NCBI GenBank assembly: GCA_023898425.1 | Contig: CP060222.1 | Span: 660,001 to 692,000, forward strand | Origin: Candidatus Saccharimonadota bacterium | Lineage (GTDB): Bacteria; Patescibacteriota; Patescibacteriia; 2-12-FULL-60-25 | Length of the DNA: 32,000 bases | Direction: 5' to 3' | Shown: positions 31,750-32,000 of the stretch, in pieces | Position numbering within the stretch: the first letter of the stretch is position 1 | Layout: every line of letters begins with the position of its first letter | Notes under the pieces: model-generated | What the model was told of the DNA's origin: nothing | Databases searched by the model: none | What the model saw: only the letters and a program-made list of their open reading frames with translations | Made by a program: the position numbers and the translations under genes

Positions 31750-32000
31750 ATGCCATCTAAAAAAGCAGAGCCTTATATCCGTGAAGATTTTGAGCTAGAG
31801 AAAACCCATCTATTTATCGATGCTGAAAATGACACGACCGTTCATTCTAAGCTCGCTCTCGTGTGGGTACGGTATATTAAAGTTACTAGCTCAAGATTTG
31901 GGACTAACGATGGAGTGGAGCTTCACATTGCTTATCAAGCTCCTGGACAAGAGGATGCTATCGAGGGGATGGTAAGCCCTGAGGACTTTGAACGTCTTGG
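31750..32000 (+). CDS. Hypothetical protein, 5' partial view; the ORF runs off the right edge
   Basis: Absent from the ORF track because there is no stop inside the window. A GGAGGAG Shine-Dalgarno sequence at 31734..31740 precedes the ATG at 31750. The 83 open codons read MPSKKAEPYIREDFELEKTHLFIDAENDTTVHSKLALVWVRYIKVTSSRFGTNDGVELHIAYQAPGQEDAIEGMVSPEDFERL. I recognise no family. Confidence 0.4.
   Translation, partial: MPSKKAEPYIREDFELEKTHLFIDAENDTTVHSKLALVWVRYIKVTSSRFGTNDGVELHIAYQAPGQEDAIEGMVSPEDFERL

Noticed and set aside
1-32000. CRISPR arrays, rRNA/tRNA genes, transposases, integrases, prophage genes and toxin-antitoxin pairs.
   Set aside because: Intergenic regions are all under 230 nt and none shows regularly spaced direct repeats or RNA-gene hallmarks. 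No translated ORF resembles mobile-element or TA families that I recognise.

Overview
The window is about 32 kb of compact bacterial chromosome. Almost every gene is on the minus strand; the exceptions are a 58-codon ORF at 22995..23171 and a partial ORF starting at 31750. Housekeeping genes I recognise from the translations, listed by rising coordinate: ftsZ (partial), ftsA, dgkA, ybeY, a YqeY-like gene, rpsU, hisS, lepB, an EVE-domain gene, miaA, eno (broken), a SIMPL/DUF541 gene, pgk, gap, tsf, rpsB, prfA and rpmE. I found no tRNA, rRNA, CRISPR array, transposase or integrase. Standard genetic code applies, since TGA acts as a stop at three ATGA gene junctions. The main accessory feature is a 14.5-kb run of six co-directional secreted or membrane protein genes (3619..18145), wedged between yqeY and ybeY. 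It holds two adjacent genes (645 aa and 2892 aa) that share an N-terminal module: signal peptide, VirB2/TrbC-like two-helix pilin hairpin, then a Gly-rich linker, followed by large Ig-like and Cys-rich ectodomains. It also holds an orphan Cys/aromatic/Asn-rich 375-aa ORF that overlaps the giant gene's 3' end, and three single-pass membrane proteins with acidic thrombospondin-type-3-like Ca-binding repeats. The architecture, small gene sizes and sparse Shine-Dalgarno sites suggest a CPR/Patescibacteria-like organism; this is inference only. A second clear anomaly is that enolase is interrupted by two compensating 1-nt frameshifts, each at a poly-A tract. Several intergenic palindromes and hairpins, and promoter-like sites with 17-bp spacers, are also listed. 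All domain calls come from reading the translations by eye; no database search was run.
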